Assembly (NCBI GenBank): GCA_963782595.1
Contig: CAWAKJ010000002.1
Span: forward strand, 451,274 to 515,273
DNA length: 64,000 nt
Source of the DNA: Vicinamibacterales bacterium
GTDB lineage: Bacteria > Acidobacteriota > Vicinamibacteria > Vicinamibacterales > JAMQPK01
Direction: 5' to 3'
Shown: piece after piece, positions 1 through 10,961 of the stretch
How positions within the stretch are numbered: the first letter of the stretch is position 1
Layout of the letters: every line of letters begins with the position of its first letter
The notes under the pieces: model-generated
The model's input: the letters and a program-made list of their open reading frames with translations, nothing else
What the model was told of the DNA's origin: nothing
Database searches by the model: none
Position numbers and translations under genes: made by a program

Positions 1-915
1 CGCGTCGAACATGAATTGCGAGTGGACGTTTCTCTGTGGGGGAGGCGCCGCGTTGGGGTTGCCCAACAGACTCAGCACGATGTCCGAGGTTTGCCGGCCC
101 ATCTGCGCGGCGTCCATGATGGCCCCGCCGACGGCACCGCTCCCAAACAAGGAGACATACGTGACGAAAATGGGTCGGTTGGCGAGGCGGACAACTTCTG
201 GAAACGCATCAGCGATGACGACGGTGCGGGCGTCGGCATCCACAAAAAAATTCACCCAGATAGCCACGGCGTCATCCGGAAGATGACTCACCCTGTCGAG
301 GACCTCCTGCCACCGGAGTCCAGCGATCCGGTCGATGCGAATCCGGTTCACGAGCGGCGCAAGGTCGGCTTCGGCTTGATCGAGCCAACGTCGATCCTGC
401 GGGCTTGCGCCGGCGATGAGGCTGACCCGCCGTGACTCTGGAAAAAGTGCCAGTGCGGCTTCAAGTGTCCGGCGATACTCAATCACGCGGGGAACGGCCG
501 GCTCGCCGCGCTTCAACACGGCGTTCAACTGCTCGCCATCGATGGCCGCGTGCACAATCCTGGCTTGAGGCCAGATCGCGGGCCCGAACCGGCTCGCGAA
601 GACGCTCGCAGGCACACCAAGGGGAACCACGACAGCTATCGGCCGATCGCGGTGGCGCGACGTCAGCCAGTCGGCCAGCGCGCGGTCGTGCGCTTCCCCG
701 ACGAATCGAGAGAGATCGAGATGTTGCGCTTCAATCTGCACCGATGACGCTTTCACGCCGTCGCGAAGGCCATTGGTAAAGTCTGCTGACGCCGGCGTGA
801 GCAACCCGTCGGAATACAGGATGAGAACGATGGGCGAATCAGCGGAAGCCGTACTCGCAGGACAGCACAGAAGTGCTGTAAGGAGGAGACCCAGCCGCAC
901 GGGGATGCGTGCCAT
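1..915 (-). CDS. Secreted periplasmic-binding-fold (ABC-substrate-binding-like) sensor domain protein, N-terminal part only; 3' end lies beyond position 1
   Basis: Absent from the supplied ORF track because it has no stop inside the window. The reverse-strand ATG at 915-913 opens 305 stop-free codons down to position 1 (MARIPVRLGLLLTALLCCPASTASADSPIVLILYSDGLLTPASADF...). A signal peptide is followed by an alternating strand/helix pattern like the periplasmic domains that head many sensor kinases. Family assignment is by eye only. Confidence 0.5.
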   Translation of the reverse strand, partial: MARIPVRLGLLLTALLCCPASTASADSPIVLILYSDGLLTPASADFTNGLRDGVKASSVQIEAQHLDLSRFVGEAHDRALADWLTSRHRDRPIAVVVPLGVPASVFASRFGPAIWPQARIVHAAIDGEQLNAVLKRGEPAVPRVIEYRRTLEAALALFPESRRVSLIAGASPQDRRWLDQAEADLAPLVNRIRIDRIAGLRWQEVLDRVSHLPDDAVAIWVNFFVDADARTVVIADAFPEVVRLANRPIFVTYVSLFGSGAVGGAIMDAAQMGRQTSDIVLSLLGNPNAAPPPQRNVHSQFMFDA

Positions 916-940
916 GTGTTATGAAGTCAACGGCGATGTC

Positions 941-2782
941 TTACCGGGCGAGGGGCACCCGGAACGCAGCCATTTCTTCGCCGTTGCGGACGAGCAGCAT
1001 GTCGCCGATGAGCACCGGGTGATTCCATGTCTTGCCCTCGAGCGCCGGTACCCGCGCGATCTCAGTGAATTTGTCCGGCGTTGCCGACACGAGCGCCAGT
1101 TCGCCGTCTTCCGACAGCACGAGCAGGAGGTTCTGGTCCGCCAGCAGGACGAGCTGGCCGTGTCCATAGCGTCCACCCTTCCATTGGCGCGTGCCATCCT
1201 CGATGTCTATGCACGCGAGGATGCTGCCATCGAAGCCGAATGCATGGCCATTGTGAACGACGAAATCGTTGAAGTATGGCTTCAATCCAGCCGATGTCCA
1301 GCGCTCTTTCACGTTCCATCCACCACGCCCGCCGCGAGCCGAGTCGGGGGGCGCGTGCCCAACGGTGACGCGGACCATGCCCGTGTTCGCGGCGAGACCG
1401 GAACCACTACCGATGAGCAGGTCGCCGCCTGCAAGCACCGCGGGCTGCAGGATGCTGTCGCCTGGCCATTCGTGCTCCCAGAGCACCGTGCCGTCGGAAG
1501 GGGCCACGCCGATCACGCCGGGTCCGTTCACCAGCGCGATCTGCGTCACTCCGTCGATCGTCAGCAAGTGCGGCGAGCTGTAGCCCCGCCCGCCCTTCGG
1601 ACCGAACCATCGCGGCTTGCCGGTCGCGCCATCGTAGGCCGCGAGCGATCCGTTGGTGGCCACGACAACGATATCGCCGACCACCAGCGGCGAGCTGGCA
1701 ATTCCCCAGTCCGGCACCGTGCTGCCGGTGTCGGACGCTGCATTGTGCGACCACAAAACCGAGCCGTCACGCGCATCGAGCGCGTTCAGGATTCCCGTTC
1801 CACCAAGCGTGTAGACGCGACCGTTGCTCAGGGTCGGCGTCGCGCGCGGGCCGGCGCCGGCGTTCGACTCCCAGAACCGGGCCATGTCCCGGTGTGTCCA
1901 TACGGGCTCGCCGGTCTTCACGCTGTAGGCAGATACGATCTCGGCGTCGCCGCGCTGCTCCTGCGTGAAGAAGCGATCGCCGGCAACGGCGAAGGAAGAC
2001 CACCCCGGTCCGATCGGCCGCCGCCATAACTCTACCGGCGGTGTGCGAGACCAGTCCGTTTGGATCCGTACGCCGCGAACAATGCTGTCGCGCGTCGGTC
2101 CACGGAAGCCAGGCCATTCGACTTGCGTGAATCCCGGATCGCTCATGGCAGGCCGAGCCACGTCCGCGGCCATTTCGCCAGGTGCGGCATCGCCGTGTTT
2201 CTCAGGAGTCGGCGAGACTGATGGTGCCGGGGTGGGCGTCGGTGCTGCCTCGCTCGGTTGATTCGCGATGCGGTTGTCCAGCGTGCTCGCGAGCAGCTGT
2301 TGCTCCGCAGTTGGCGTCCACCGCCATTCGAAGTCAGCAATGGCGTCGCCGCTGATGCCGTTGGTTCGAACGAGCGTCAGCATTCCGCACGCAACGAGAA
2401 TGGCGGCGGCGATCGACGTGCGCCGCCGCCCGTTCGATAGTCCGCGGCTGGCCGCCGCCCCCACCACAAGCGCGAGACTCAAGACCGGCGCGGCGTAGAT
2501 GAACAACATGAATCCCATCATCCCGTTCGCAATGGACTGATGAACGAGACGTGATGTCGCGGCCACGGCCACAACCATCAGGACGATCGCGCCTATTCGC
2601 TCCAACCAGGCCGCCCGGCTGAAGAAGAGCCACCAGAGCACGACCAGCAACGCAAAGACGACTCCGCCGACGATCGCGGTACCGCCCTGGTCGGGAGCCA
2701 CAATGGGAAGGCCGAACATGACCAGCCACTGCAGGACCACGGCAATCACGCCTGGCCACAACCGGAGTGATTGGTGACTCAT
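941..2782 (-). CDS. PQQ-like (BamB/quinoprotein-type) beta-propeller repeat protein with polytopic N-terminal membrane domain
   Basis: 613-aa ORF. The first ~150 aa form several hydrophobic helices (VIAVVLQWLVMFGLPIV, VVFALLVVLWWLFF, IVLMVVAVAATS). A Pro/Ala-rich linker follows, then repeated blades (GRVYTLGGTGILNALDARDGSVLW, LAAYDGATGKPRW, ILACIDIEDGTRQW). The stop lies 25 nt upstream of the 915 start on the same strand. Confidence 0.75.
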   Translation of the reverse strand: MSHQSLRLWPGVIAVVLQWLVMFGLPIVAPDQGGTAIVGGVVFALLVVLWWLFFSRAAWLERIGAIVLMVVAVAATSRLVHQSIANGMMGFMLFIYAAPVLSLALVVGAAASRGLSNGRRRTSIAAAILVACGMLTLVRTNGISGDAIADFEWRWTPTAEQQLLASTLDNRIANQPSEAAPTPTPAPSVSPTPEKHGDAAPGEMAADVARPAMSDPGFTQVEWPGFRGPTRDSIVRGVRIQTDWSRTPPVELWRRPIGPGWSSFAVAGDRFFTQEQRGDAEIVSAYSVKTGEPVWTHRDMARFWESNAGAGPRATPTLSNGRVYTLGGTGILNALDARDGSVLWSHNAASDTGSTVPDWGIASSPLVVGDIVVVATNGSLAAYDGATGKPRWFGPKGGRGYSSPHLLTIDGVTQIALVNGPGVIGVAPSDGTVLWEHEWPGDSILQPAVLAGGDLLIGSGSGLAANTGMVRVTVGHAPPDSARGGRGGWNVKERWTSAGLKPYFNDFVVHNGHAFGFDGSILACIDIEDGTRQWKGGRYGHGQLVLLADQNLLLVLSEDGELALVSATPDKFTEIARVPALEGKTWNHPVLIGDMLLVRNGEEMAAFRVPLAR

Positions 2783-2913
2783 GACGTGTTACTCCTTTCC
2801 TGAGGGCCAGCCGAGAAATCACTGCGCGGGCTATCTTACCGTGAGCGCGGCCGTGGCGCTGAGGCATGAGGGCGCTTTACGCCTCGTTCCGCTCATGTCA
2901 AAGTGTCGGGAAG

Positions 2914-3612
2914 ATGAGGATTCTGCTCGTCGAAGATGAACGTCGAGCGGCGCAGATGCTCGCCAAGGGTCTTCGCGAAGCCGCCTATGCGGTTGACGTT
3001 GTGGGCGATGGGGTTAGTGCCGTCTACCAGACGAGCATTACGGACTACGACGCTATCGTTCTCGATATCATGATCCCGCTACAGGATGGACTGGCGGTTT
3101 GCCGTCAGATCAGGAGCGAAGGCTCGGCCGTGCCCGTGTTGATGCTTACCGCGCGCGATGCTGTCGAAGCGCGCATCGCAGGTCTCGATAGTGGTGCCGA
3201 CGACTATCTGACCAAGCCCTTCGACTTTGGTGAATTGCTGGCGAGGCTGCGAGCAGTCATTCGTCGGGGTCGTCGTCCGCTGATGCCATCCGTTATTCGA
3301 GTCGGGCCGCTTGAGCTGGATACGCGGGCACGGCGAGTCTTCCGTCGTGGCGATCCACTTGTTCTGACCGCACGCGAATACGCACTGCTCGAACATCTGG
3401 TGTTGCACGCGGACGAAGTCGTCGGTCGCGCCGATATCGCCGAGCACGTCTGGGACTCGGCGTTCGAGGCAATGTCGAATGTCATCGACGTCTGCGTTCA
3501 GCGTCTGCGCCGCAAGATAGACGACTCCGGACGGCCGTCGTTGATCGTGACGAGGCGCGGTGAAGGATACATGCTCTCCGCGGAGGGAAGTCGTCGTTCC
3601 GAGCCTGCATGA
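2914..3612 (+). CDS. OmpR-family response regulator, heavy-metal (CusR/CzcR-like) type
   Basis: MRILLVEDERRAAQMLAKGLREAAYAVDVV...VLDIMIP receiver domain plus a winged-helix output (RVGPLELDTRARRVFRRGDPLVLTAREYALLEHL). I prefer the internal ATG at 2914 over the supplied 2866 start because homologues begin MRIL. The stop overlaps the kinase start (ATGA). Confidence 0.85.
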   Translation: MRILLVEDERRAAQMLAKGLREAAYAVDVVGDGVSAVYQTSITDYDAIVLDIMIPLQDGLAVCRQIRSEGSAVPVLMLTARDAVEARIAGLDSGADDYLTKPFDFGELLARLRAVIRRGRRPLMPSVIRVGPLELDTRARRVFRRGDPLVLTAREYALLEHLVLHADEVVGRADIAEHVWDSAFEAMSNVIDVCVQRLRRKIDDSGRPSLIVTRRGEGYMLSAEGSRRSEPA

Positions 3613-4967
3613 GACTGTCGATTCGAGCCCGTCTCACGCTGTTCTACAGCCTCGTTGTGGTCGCGGTCCTTATCGCCGGTGCCGCCGCCGTTTCCGTTGT
3701 GCAGGCGCGTCTCGCACTCGAGCGGATGGATGGCGAACTGCAGCGCCTCATGCTGACACTGGAAGGCGTGATGCGCACGGAGTTCGGCGAAGGGCTCGAC
3801 CTGCAGGCTGCCGCCGACGAAGCCAGCATCGAAGTCGTGGCTCTCGATCGCACTCTCGTTCTGACACGTCCCGACGGGGCCCTGCTGGCGATGTGGGGCC
3901 TGCCGCTCCCCTCAGACTGGCGGCCGCTTGCGCGTGCGACCAGCCTCGAGACCATCGTGATCGGCCCGGAAAGGCGCCGGTTGTTCAGTCATCCAGTGGT
4001 GTTCAAGGATCATCACTACGTTGCGGCCGTGATGGCGCCGCTCGCAGGCCTCGAGTCCGAGCATTCCGAGATCATGCGGGCTCTTGCGGTGGGTGTCCTG
4101 GTGGCGCTCGCCGTCGCCGCCGTGGGCGGGTGGTTCGTGGGTCGGCAGACGCTGCGGCCGCTCGCCGACATGGCGCGGCAAGCCGCGGCGATTACGGAGC
4201 GAAATCCGACGACACGTTTGCAGGCGCCTCACAGCGAAGACGAGCTGGGCCGATTGGCCACTTCGTTCAACGGTCTGCTCGATCGTCTTGCCGCAACGTT
4301 GCACGGGCAGCGGCAGTTCATGGCCGACGCGTCGCACGAGTTGCGAACGCCCGTTTCGGTGGTTCGCACGACTGCCCAGGTCACGCTCGCGCGCGACGCG
4401 CGAACGGAGGACGACTACCGCGAAGCGCTCACGATCGTGGCAGAGCAGTCCGGGCGGCTGGCGCGCGTGGTGGACGCCATGTTTCTGCTGTCCCGCGCCG
4501 AGGCGCAGGGCATTCCGCTGATTTGCGAGCCCTTGTATCTCGACGATCTGATCGCTGAATGCGCCCGGGCGCTTCGCGTATTCGCGGACGAGCGGAATGT
4601 GGAAGTACAGACATCTGGAGATGAAGATGTGGCGTTCCTGGGAGACAACACGCTCCTGCGGCAGATGGTCGGCAACCTCCTGGACAATGCCATTCGGCAC
4701 GCGAAGATCGGCGGGAATGTGGCGGCGGCGATAACGCGTACCCCCACGGAGCTGACTATTCGTATCACTGACGACGGCGACGGCATTCCTGCCAGCGAGC
4801 AGCAGCGAATTTTTGAGCGCTTCGTTCGGCTGGACACTCGCTCGAACGGAGCGGGGCTGGGCCTGCCTATCGCCCGCTGGATAGCGGAGGCTCATGGGGG
4901 ACGGTTGTCGGTCGAATCAACCAGCGGCCGAGGCAGCTCCTTCATCGTCACCCTCTCCCCGAGGTGA
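3609..4967 (+). CDS. Sensor histidine kinase (2 TM, HAMP, HisKA, HATPase_c), CusS/CzcS-like
   Basis: H-box ASHELRTPVS, N-box LLDNAIRHA, G1 DDGDGI and G2 GAGLGLPIA. It is translationally coupled to the regulator and sits directly upstream of the efflux genes. Confidence 0.85.
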   Translation: MRLSIRARLTLFYSLVVVAVLIAGAAAVSVVQARLALERMDGELQRLMLTLEGVMRTEFGEGLDLQAAADEASIEVVALDRTLVLTRPDGALLAMWGLPLPSDWRPLARATSLETIVIGPERRRLFSHPVVFKDHHYVAAVMAPLAGLESEHSEIMRALAVGVLVALAVAAVGGWFVGRQTLRPLADMARQAAAITERNPTTRLQAPHSEDELGRLATSFNGLLDRLAATLHGQRQFMADASHELRTPVSVVRTTAQVTLARDARTEDDYREALTIVAEQSGRLARVVDAMFLLSRAEAQGIPLICEPLYLDDLIAECARALRVFADERNVEVQTSGDEDVAFLGDNTLLRQMVGNLLDNAIRHAKIGGNVAAAITRTPTELTIRITDDGDGIPASEQQRIFERFVRLDTRSNGAGLGLPIARWIAEAHGGRLSVESTSGRGSSFIVTLSPR

Positions 4968-5012
4968 CGCTTCATCGTCCGGTAATCTGCAGATTGCCAT
5001 CATCTGACTCCA

Positions 5013-6338
5013 ATGCTGCGGAGAACTGGGCTGCTCTGGACGCTGCTCATCGCGGTCACCTGCTGCGCATGCGCGACAACGGGACAGGCTCCAGATCGTG
5101 GGACAGTTGACGCGGCTATTCGTGCGCGCATCTCGCAGGGGATTCGCACCGACGCCGGCGCGCAAATGCCTCCGGATGTCTCGCTGGACGATGGCCTCAC
5201 ACCACAGGAGGCGGTGTCGATCGCGCTGTGGAACAGTCCGTCGTTCCAGGCGACGCTCGCCGATCTGGGTGTGGCCCGGGCGGACCTCGTCGAGGCGGGG
5301 CTGCTTCGCAACCCCATCTTCTCGCTTCTTTTCCCGTGGGGGCCCAAACAGCTCGAGTGGACCTCGCAGTTCCCCGTCGAGTTCATCTGGCAGCGTCCGC
5401 GCCGTGTGGCTGCGGCGCGACTCAATGCGCAGGCGGTCGGCGAGCGACTCGTCTGGGATGCGCTGACGCTCGTCGCGCAGGTGCGCACAACTTATGCGGA
5501 CGCCGCGATCGCCGATCGCCGCCTGCTGCTGACCATCGAGAATGCCGAGCTGGTGCAACGGCTCGCGAACATTACCGAGGCGCGTTTGCGCGCGGGAGAC
5601 ATCAGCGAGCTCGAGGCACGAGCGGCGCGCAGCGATGCGGCCCGCATACAGGTCATCCGTCGCGCGACTGAATACGATCGGAACCTCGCCCGCTTGACGC
5701 TGGCGGGCCTGCTCGCTCTCGACATGCCTGCCGACCAGCTGCGTCCGATTCAGGAGGCGGTTCCAGACCCACCGATGTGCGGTACCGAGCGGGCGCGGCT
5801 CGAGGACGCGCTTGCCTCACGACCCGACGTGCGCGCAGCCGAGATTGGCATCGAGGCCGCCGCACAGCGGGCGAGGTGGGAACGCTCGCGTGTCCTGACC
5901 CTCATTGCCATTCTGGATTTCAACGGACAAGGCACCGAAGGTCGCGAATCCGGACCGGGGTTCGGTATGGACGTGCCGATCTTTTTCCGCAACCAGGGAG
6001 CGATTGGTCGCGCGGACGCGGAGGTCGAGCGGGCCAGTCGTCTATACGCAGCCGTGAGAAACCAGGTCGTGACGGATGTGCGGTCTGCAACGGTCAGGCT
6101 CGAGCAGGCCGAGCAGGCCATCAGCGCCTGGCGAGACGAGATCGTGCCGTCTCTCGAGACGGAACTGCGTCAGGCCGAAAGCGCCTATCAAGCCGGCGAG
6201 ATTCCATTGTTCTCCCTGCTCGACGTGAGCCGCAGGCTCGTCGATGGTCGCACGCGCCTCCTTGATGCCGAGATGGATCTTCAAAGAGCAACGATCGCGC
6301 TCGAACGGAGTATTGGCCGTTCCTGCCCACATCCCTGA
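5013..6338 (+). CDS. TolC/CzcC-family outer-membrane efflux protein (lipoprotein signal)
   Basis: 441 aa. It has a Cys-containing signal (LLIAVTCCACATTG) and two long helical repeat halves typical of outer-membrane factors. It is the first gene of the C-B-A order. Confidence 0.8.
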   Translation: MLRRTGLLWTLLIAVTCCACATTGQAPDRGTVDAAIRARISQGIRTDAGAQMPPDVSLDDGLTPQEAVSIALWNSPSFQATLADLGVARADLVEAGLLRNPIFSLLFPWGPKQLEWTSQFPVEFIWQRPRRVAAARLNAQAVGERLVWDALTLVAQVRTTYADAAIADRRLLLTIENAELVQRLANITEARLRAGDISELEARAARSDAARIQVIRRATEYDRNLARLTLAGLLALDMPADQLRPIQEAVPDPPMCGTERARLEDALASRPDVRAAEIGIEAAAQRARWERSRVLTLIAILDFNGQGTEGRESGPGFGMDVPIFFRNQGAIGRADAEVERASRLYAAVRNQVVTDVRSATVRLEQAEQAISAWRDEIVPSLETELRQAESAYQAGEIPLFSLLDVSRRLVDGRTRLLDAEMDLQRATIALERSIGRSCPHP

Positions 6339-6346
6339 GAGCTGCC

Positions 6347-7510
6347 ATGTATCGCTTCTGTTACGTTGTCAGCGTCATCGTCCTCATGGTGGGATGCTCG
6401 CGCAGTGGGCCCGGGCAAGCGGCCCACGAGACTCCCGCCACCGTCCAACATCCGCGGACCGAAGCCGAGATCTCCACAATCAAGCTGACCGCAGACGCCG
6501 TCAAGCGGCTCGGCATTCTGACGGTTGCTGCGAAGACCGACGTGGCTGCGGCGACGCGCACGTTGGGTGGTGAGGTCGTCGTGCCCGAAGGACGAGGTGT
6601 CGTGGTGACCGCCCCTGTCGCGGGGACGGTAACTGGATCGGGGCTTCGCGGCGGGGCGCGCGTAAGCCGCGGCGATCGGCTGATGGCGATTGCGCCGCTG
6701 GTGCCAGCGGAGCGGGACCAGCGTATCGAAGCGCAACGTGCGGAGATCACTGCGGAAGCGGAAGAACTGGCGGCGCGCCAGCGACTCAAGCGACTCGAGC
6801 AATTACTCAAGGACGGTGCGGCGAGTGTGCGCAGCGTTGAAGAGGCGCGCGCGCAGCATCAGATCTCGCTGGCGACGCTCACGGCTGCGCGCGAACGGCT
6901 GGCTGGCGCTTCGAAGCTTCCGGTCGGTGCGCAGGGCGAACTCGCAGTATCTGCACCATTTGATGGGATCATCCAACGTATCTCGGCGGTCCCGGGACAG
7001 GTTGTTGCTGCATCCGCACCGCTCCTCGAGATTGCACAGGTCGATACGCTCTGGATTCGCGTGGCTATCTATTCAGGAGATGCCGATGCGATCGATGAAA
7101 CCCAGCCGGTGTCTGTCACCAAGCTGGGCGCAACAGATGCCCCGAAGCCTGCGACCCGGATAACCGCGCCGCTCCAGGGCGATCCGCTGGCCGCCTCGGT
7201 GAATCTGTACTACTCGCTGCCAGTAAGCCGCGCCACACTCCGTCCCGGCGAACGAGTGCTCGTGGAACTTCCGCTGAAGACTTCAGAGAAAGGACTCGTC
7301 GTGCCCGAGGCCGCCGTCCTGTACGACATTCACGGCGCCGCCTGGGTGTACGAGGCTCTTGGCGGCAACGCATTCGCCAGGCGACGCATCGAGATCACGC
7401 GTCATGCGGGGGAGCGTGTGGTCGTGAGTCGGGGCATCGGTGAGGGGGCCAACGTCGTGACCGACGGAGCGGCGGAGCTCTTTGGCACTGAATTCGGCGC
7501 GGGGCACTAA
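6347..7510 (+). CDS. RND efflux periplasmic adaptor (membrane-fusion protein, CzcB/CusB-like)
   Basis: 387 aa. It has a lipoprotein-like signal (LMVGCS), a coiled-coil hairpin ([28 protein letters not shown]) and beta-barrel segments. It lies between the OMF and the RND pump. Confidence 0.8.
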   Translation: MYRFCYVVSVIVLMVGCSRSGPGQAAHETPATVQHPRTEAEISTIKLTADAVKRLGILTVAAKTDVAAATRTLGGEVVVPEGRGVVVTAPVAGTVTGSGLRGGARVSRGDRLMAIAPLVPAERDQRIEAQRAEITAEAEELAARQRLKRLEQLLKDGAASVRSVEEARAQHQISLATLTAARERLAGASKLPVGAQGELAVSAPFDGIIQRISAVPGQVVAASAPLLEIAQVDTLWIRVAIYSGDADAIDETQPVSVTKLGATDAPKPATRITAPLQGDPLAASVNLYYSLPVSRATLRPGERVLVELPLKTSEKGLVVPEAAVLYDIHGAAWVYEALGGNAFARRRIEITRHAGERVVVSRGIGEGANVVTDGAAELFGTEFGAGH

Positions 7511-7514
7511 CGCT

Positions 7515-10500
7515 ATGCGCTGGCTCGTTGCAATCTCACTCCGCAATCCAATCGTCGTTGTCGCACTGGGTGTGTTGCTGGTCGTGATGGCCGTCAGAAC
7601 ACTCCGCACCACGCCACTCGACGTCTTTCCCGAATTTGCGCCGCCGCTGGTGGAGGTGCAGACCGAAGCTCCCGGCCTCTCGACCAACGAAGTCGAATCG
7701 CTCGTCACGGTTCCACTCGAAGCCGCACTCAACGGCGTCCCGGGCCTGAACAGGATCCGTTCGAAATCCGTGCTGGGTCTCTCATCGGTTGTCCTGATTC
7801 TGGATCCCTCGACCAACGTGATGGTGGCGCGCCAGATGGTGCAGGAACGTCTGTCGAGAGCGGCCGCGCAACTTCCTGCAGTTGCCAGGCCACCCGTCAT
7901 GCTGTCGCCGTTGTCGTCGCTGAGCCGGGTGATGAAAATCGGCATGACTTCGGAGAAGTTGACGCAAGTCGAGTTGAGCACCCTCGCTAAATGGACCATC
8001 CGACCTCGGCTGATGGCCATCGCCGGCGTTGCGAACGTCGCGATCTGGGGGCAGCGCGATCGCCAATTGCAGGTGCTCGTTGATCCCGAGCGGCTTCGAG
8101 CGCACGGCGTGACCGTCGATCAAGTTGTGCGGGCGACGGGCGAAGGCGTTTCTCTCCAGGCCGGTGGATTCCTCGACACGCCCAACCAACGCCTCGCCAT
8201 CACGCATGCAGCCGCCGTGGATTCGGTCCGAGACCTCGAATCCATTGTCGTTGCGTCCCGGAACGGCGCGGTGCTGCGAGTCGGCGACGTGGCCACTGTC
8301 GTCGAGGGCTTTCCAGCGCCGATCGGCGATGCCGTGATCAACAGCGGCCCCGGTCTGATGCTGATCGTCGAAAAACAACTGGGCGCGAACACGCTCACCG
8401 TCACCCGCGGTGTCGAGGAGGCCCTGCGGGACATGAGGCCCGCGCTGGCCGGGATCGACGTCGATCCGACGATCTTCCGGCCGGCGACATTCATTGAGAT
8501 GTCACTCCAGAACCTCAGCCGCGCACTTCTCGTCGGTTGCGTCCTGGTGATTCTGGTCCTCATGGTCTTTCTGGCGGACTGGCGGACCGCCCTTATTAGC
8601 AGCATCGCCATTCCACTCTCGCTCCTCGCGGCAGGTCTGCTGCTGCATTATCGAGGTGGCACGCTCGACACGATGGTGCTGGCGGGGTTGGTCATCGCGC
8701 TTGGCGAGGTCGTCGACGACGCCATTATCGACGTCGAGAACATCGTCCGCCGGTTACGCCTCAATCGAATGGCCTGGAAGCGGCTCCCGGCGATCAGGGT
8801 GGTGCTCGACGCCTCCATGGAAGTCCGGAGCGCGGTGCTCTACGGCAGCCTCATCGTCGTCGTCGTGTTTCTGCCGGTGTTCATGCTCGACGGTCTCGCC
8901 GGCGCCTTCTTCCGTCCGCTGGCACTTGCGTATGTGCTCGCAATCCTGGCATCGCTCGTCGTCGCGTTGACGATCACGCCGGCCATTGCGCTGCTGTTGC
9001 TGCCCGGGCACCTTGAGCGACGCGAATCCCGCGCCGTGGGTGGACTGAAGGCGCGGTACCGCCGAGTGTTACCGTCGTTCGTGGACCGACCCAAGACCGC
9101 ACTGGCCTCATTGGGCTTGATGCTGGCGCTGACGGGCGTCACCGTACCGTTCTTGGGTGAGGAGTTCCTGCCAAACTTTCGTGAGTACGACTTCCTGATG
9201 CACTGGGTCGAAAAGCCCGGTACGTCAATCCAGGCGATGCAACGTATCACGGAGCGTGCCAGCCGTGAGTTGATGGCCGTCCCCGGCGTGCGCAACTTCG
9301 GCGCCCACATCGGGCGTGCGGAGGTGGCCGATGAGGTCGTCGGACCAAACTTCACCGAGCTGTGGATCAGCCTCGATACATCGGTGGACTATGAATCCAC
9401 GGTTGCGCGAATCCAGTCGATCGTCGATGGGTATCCGGGACTGTATCGCGATCTGCTGACCTACCTGCGCGAGCGCATCAAGGAAGTGCTCACGGGGGCC
9501 AGCGCGACCATCGTGGTCCGCGTGTATGGTCCGGACCTGCAGGGACTGCAGGCGCAGGCTCAGAGAGTACGCGCGGCGATCACAAGGGTCGAAGGGGTCG
9601 CCGATCTCACCGTACAGGCTCAGGTCCTGGTGCCGAAGGTCGAGGTTCGATTCGATCCAGATCGCGCGGCCGCATTCGGGCTGACGCCCGGCGACGTGCG
9701 CCGCGTCGCCGCCACGCTGGTGCAGGGGACGAAGGTCGGCGAGTTCTACGAGGATCAGCGCCTGTTCGATGTCGTCGTCTGGGGCACTCCTGAAGTGCGC
9801 CGCAATCTCGACGCGATTCGTGCGCTCCAGGTGCCGATCGCGAATGGCGGCATGGTGCCGCTCGGCAGCGTGTCGAGCGTGGAAGTCGTTCCGACCCCCA
9901 ATGAGATCACCCGTGAAAATGGATCGCGGCGCATTGACGTCACATCGAATGTGCGCGGACGCGACCTTGGTGCGGTGGCGCGCGATATCCAGTCGCAGAT
10001 CTCGAGGCTGACGTTTCCTCAGGGATTCTATGCGGAGGTGCTCGGCGAGTATGCCGAGCGCCAGGCCTCGTCAAGCCGTCTGACGCTGCTGGGAATCATT
10101 GCTGTGGCGGCGATCTTCTTGATCCTCCTCGCCGATTTTGGCTCGGCGAGGGTGGCGACGCTCATCTTCGCGACGCTACCGTTCGCGCTTGTGGGCGCGA
10201 TTATCGCGGCCTTCTTAACCGGCGGCGTGCTCTCTCTGGGCTCGCTGGTGGGATTGGTCACGGTTATAGGCATCTCCGCCAGGAATGGCATCATGCTGAT
10301 CAGCCACTACCGGCATCTCGAACTGCAGGAGGGCATGGCGTTCGGGAGGGAACTGATCCTGCGCGGATCCGAGGAGCGTCTGGCGCCGATTCTCATGACG
10401 GCACTCGCCACGGGTCTTGCGCTCGTGCCGATTGTGCTGGGCGGCACGCGCGCCGGATACGAAATCGAACATCCGCTCGCAGTGGTTATCCTCGGCGGAC

Positions 10501-10595
10501 TTTTTACATCGACGCTGCTCAACCTCTTCATCGTGCCCGCCCTGTATCTCAAGTACGGACGCTCGGCGTTGACCACTGTCGAAGAGACGGTGTAG
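7515..10595 (+). CDS. CusA/CzcA-family heavy-metal efflux RND transporter
   Basis: About 1026 aa from [23 protein letters not shown]. It shows 12-TM RND architecture with conserved stretches ([27 protein letters not shown]). The supplied start at 7482 overlaps the adaptor gene, so the ATG at 7515 is preferred. Confidence 0.9.
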   Translation: MRWLVAISLRNPIVVVALGVLLVVMAVRTLRTTPLDVFPEFAPPLVEVQTEAPGLSTNEVESLVTVPLEAALNGVPGLNRIRSKSVLGLSSVVLILDPSTNVMVARQMVQERLSRAAAQLPAVARPPVMLSPLSSLSRVMKIGMTSEKLTQVELSTLAKWTIRPRLMAIAGVANVAIWGQRDRQLQVLVDPERLRAHGVTVDQVVRATGEGVSLQAGGFLDTPNQRLAITHAAAVDSVRDLESIVVASRNGAVLRVGDVATVVEGFPAPIGDAVINSGPGLMLIVEKQLGANTLTVTRGVEEALRDMRPALAGIDVDPTIFRPATFIEMSLQNLSRALLVGCVLVILVLMVFLADWRTALISSIAIPLSLLAAGLLLHYRGGTLDTMVLAGLVIALGEVVDDAIIDVENIVRRLRLNRMAWKRLPAIRVVLDASMEVRSAVLYGSLIVVVVFLPVFMLDGLAGAFFRPLALAYVLAILASLVVALTITPAIALLLLPGHLERRESRAVGGLKARYRRVLPSFVDRPKTALASLGLMLALTGVTVPFLGEEFLPNFREYDFLMHWVEKPGTSIQAMQRITERASRELMAVPGVRNFGAHIGRAEVADEVVGPNFTELWISLDTSVDYESTVARIQSIVDGYPGLYRDLLTYLRERIKEVLTGASATIVVRVYGPDLQGLQAQAQRVRAAITRVEGVADLTVQAQVLVPKVEVRFDPDRAAAFGLTPGDVRRVAATLVQGTKVGEFYEDQRLFDVVVWGTPEVRRNLDAIRALQVPIANGGMVPLGSVSSVEVVPTPNEITRENGSRRIDVTSNVRGRDLGAVARDIQSQISRLTFPQGFYAEVLGEYAERQASSSRLTLLGIIAVAAIFLILLADFGSARVATLIFATLPFALVGAIIAAFLTGGVLSLGSLVGLVTVIGISARNGIMLISHYRHLELQEGMAFGRELILRGSEERLAPILMTALATGLALVPIVLGGTRAGYEIEHPLAVVILGGLFTSTLLNLFIVPALYLKYGRSALTTVEETV

Positions 10596-10627
10596 TTCAC
10601 GAATCATGTCGCGTACAATCGTTCGAG

Positions 10628-10906
10628 ATGACAACTTCGATTAAAGCACCGCCCGGCCGCAACGAGCCCTGTCACTGCGGCTCGGGCCGCAAATACAAAC
10701 ACTGCTGTCTCCAGAAGGACGAGAAGAAGGCCGCCGCTGCACGCGCAAAAACCGCAGCGGAAGCTCCCGCCCACGCGGCCGAAGATGCACCGCCAGCGAA
10801 GGCAGGTGTGCCGAAGCCCAAAACAGATCAACCCTGGAAAACAGGGAGCTCGACTCGTGGCTTTGTGCCGCGTTCGCGGACACCACGCAAGGTGGGCGGG
10901 GGATGA
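10628..10906 (+). CDS. Small SEC-C-motif metal-binding protein with Lys/Ala/Pro-rich tail
   Basis: 92 aa. PGRNEPCHCGSGRKYKHCC is a textbook SEC-C zinc-binding motif. The gene starts 32 nt after the RND stop on the same strand. Confidence 0.65.
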   Translation: MTTSIKAPPGRNEPCHCGSGRKYKHCCLQKDEKKAAAARAKTAAEAPAHAAEDAPPAKAGVPKPKTDQPWKTGSSTRGFVPRSRTPRKVGGG

Positions 10907-10919
10907 GTTCCAGGTGACA

Positions 10920-10952
10920 GCGTGAGAGGGGACAGGGCGTCCCCTCTCACGC
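10920..10952. terminator. Perfect 14-bp GC-rich hairpin between convergent genes
   Basis: GCGTGAGAGGGGAC (10920-10933), loop AGGGC, GTCCCCTCTCACGC (10939-10952). It lies between the SEC-C gene (+) and the TonB receptor (-). Confidence 0.6.
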
Positions 10953-10961
10953 GCTTCTTGC

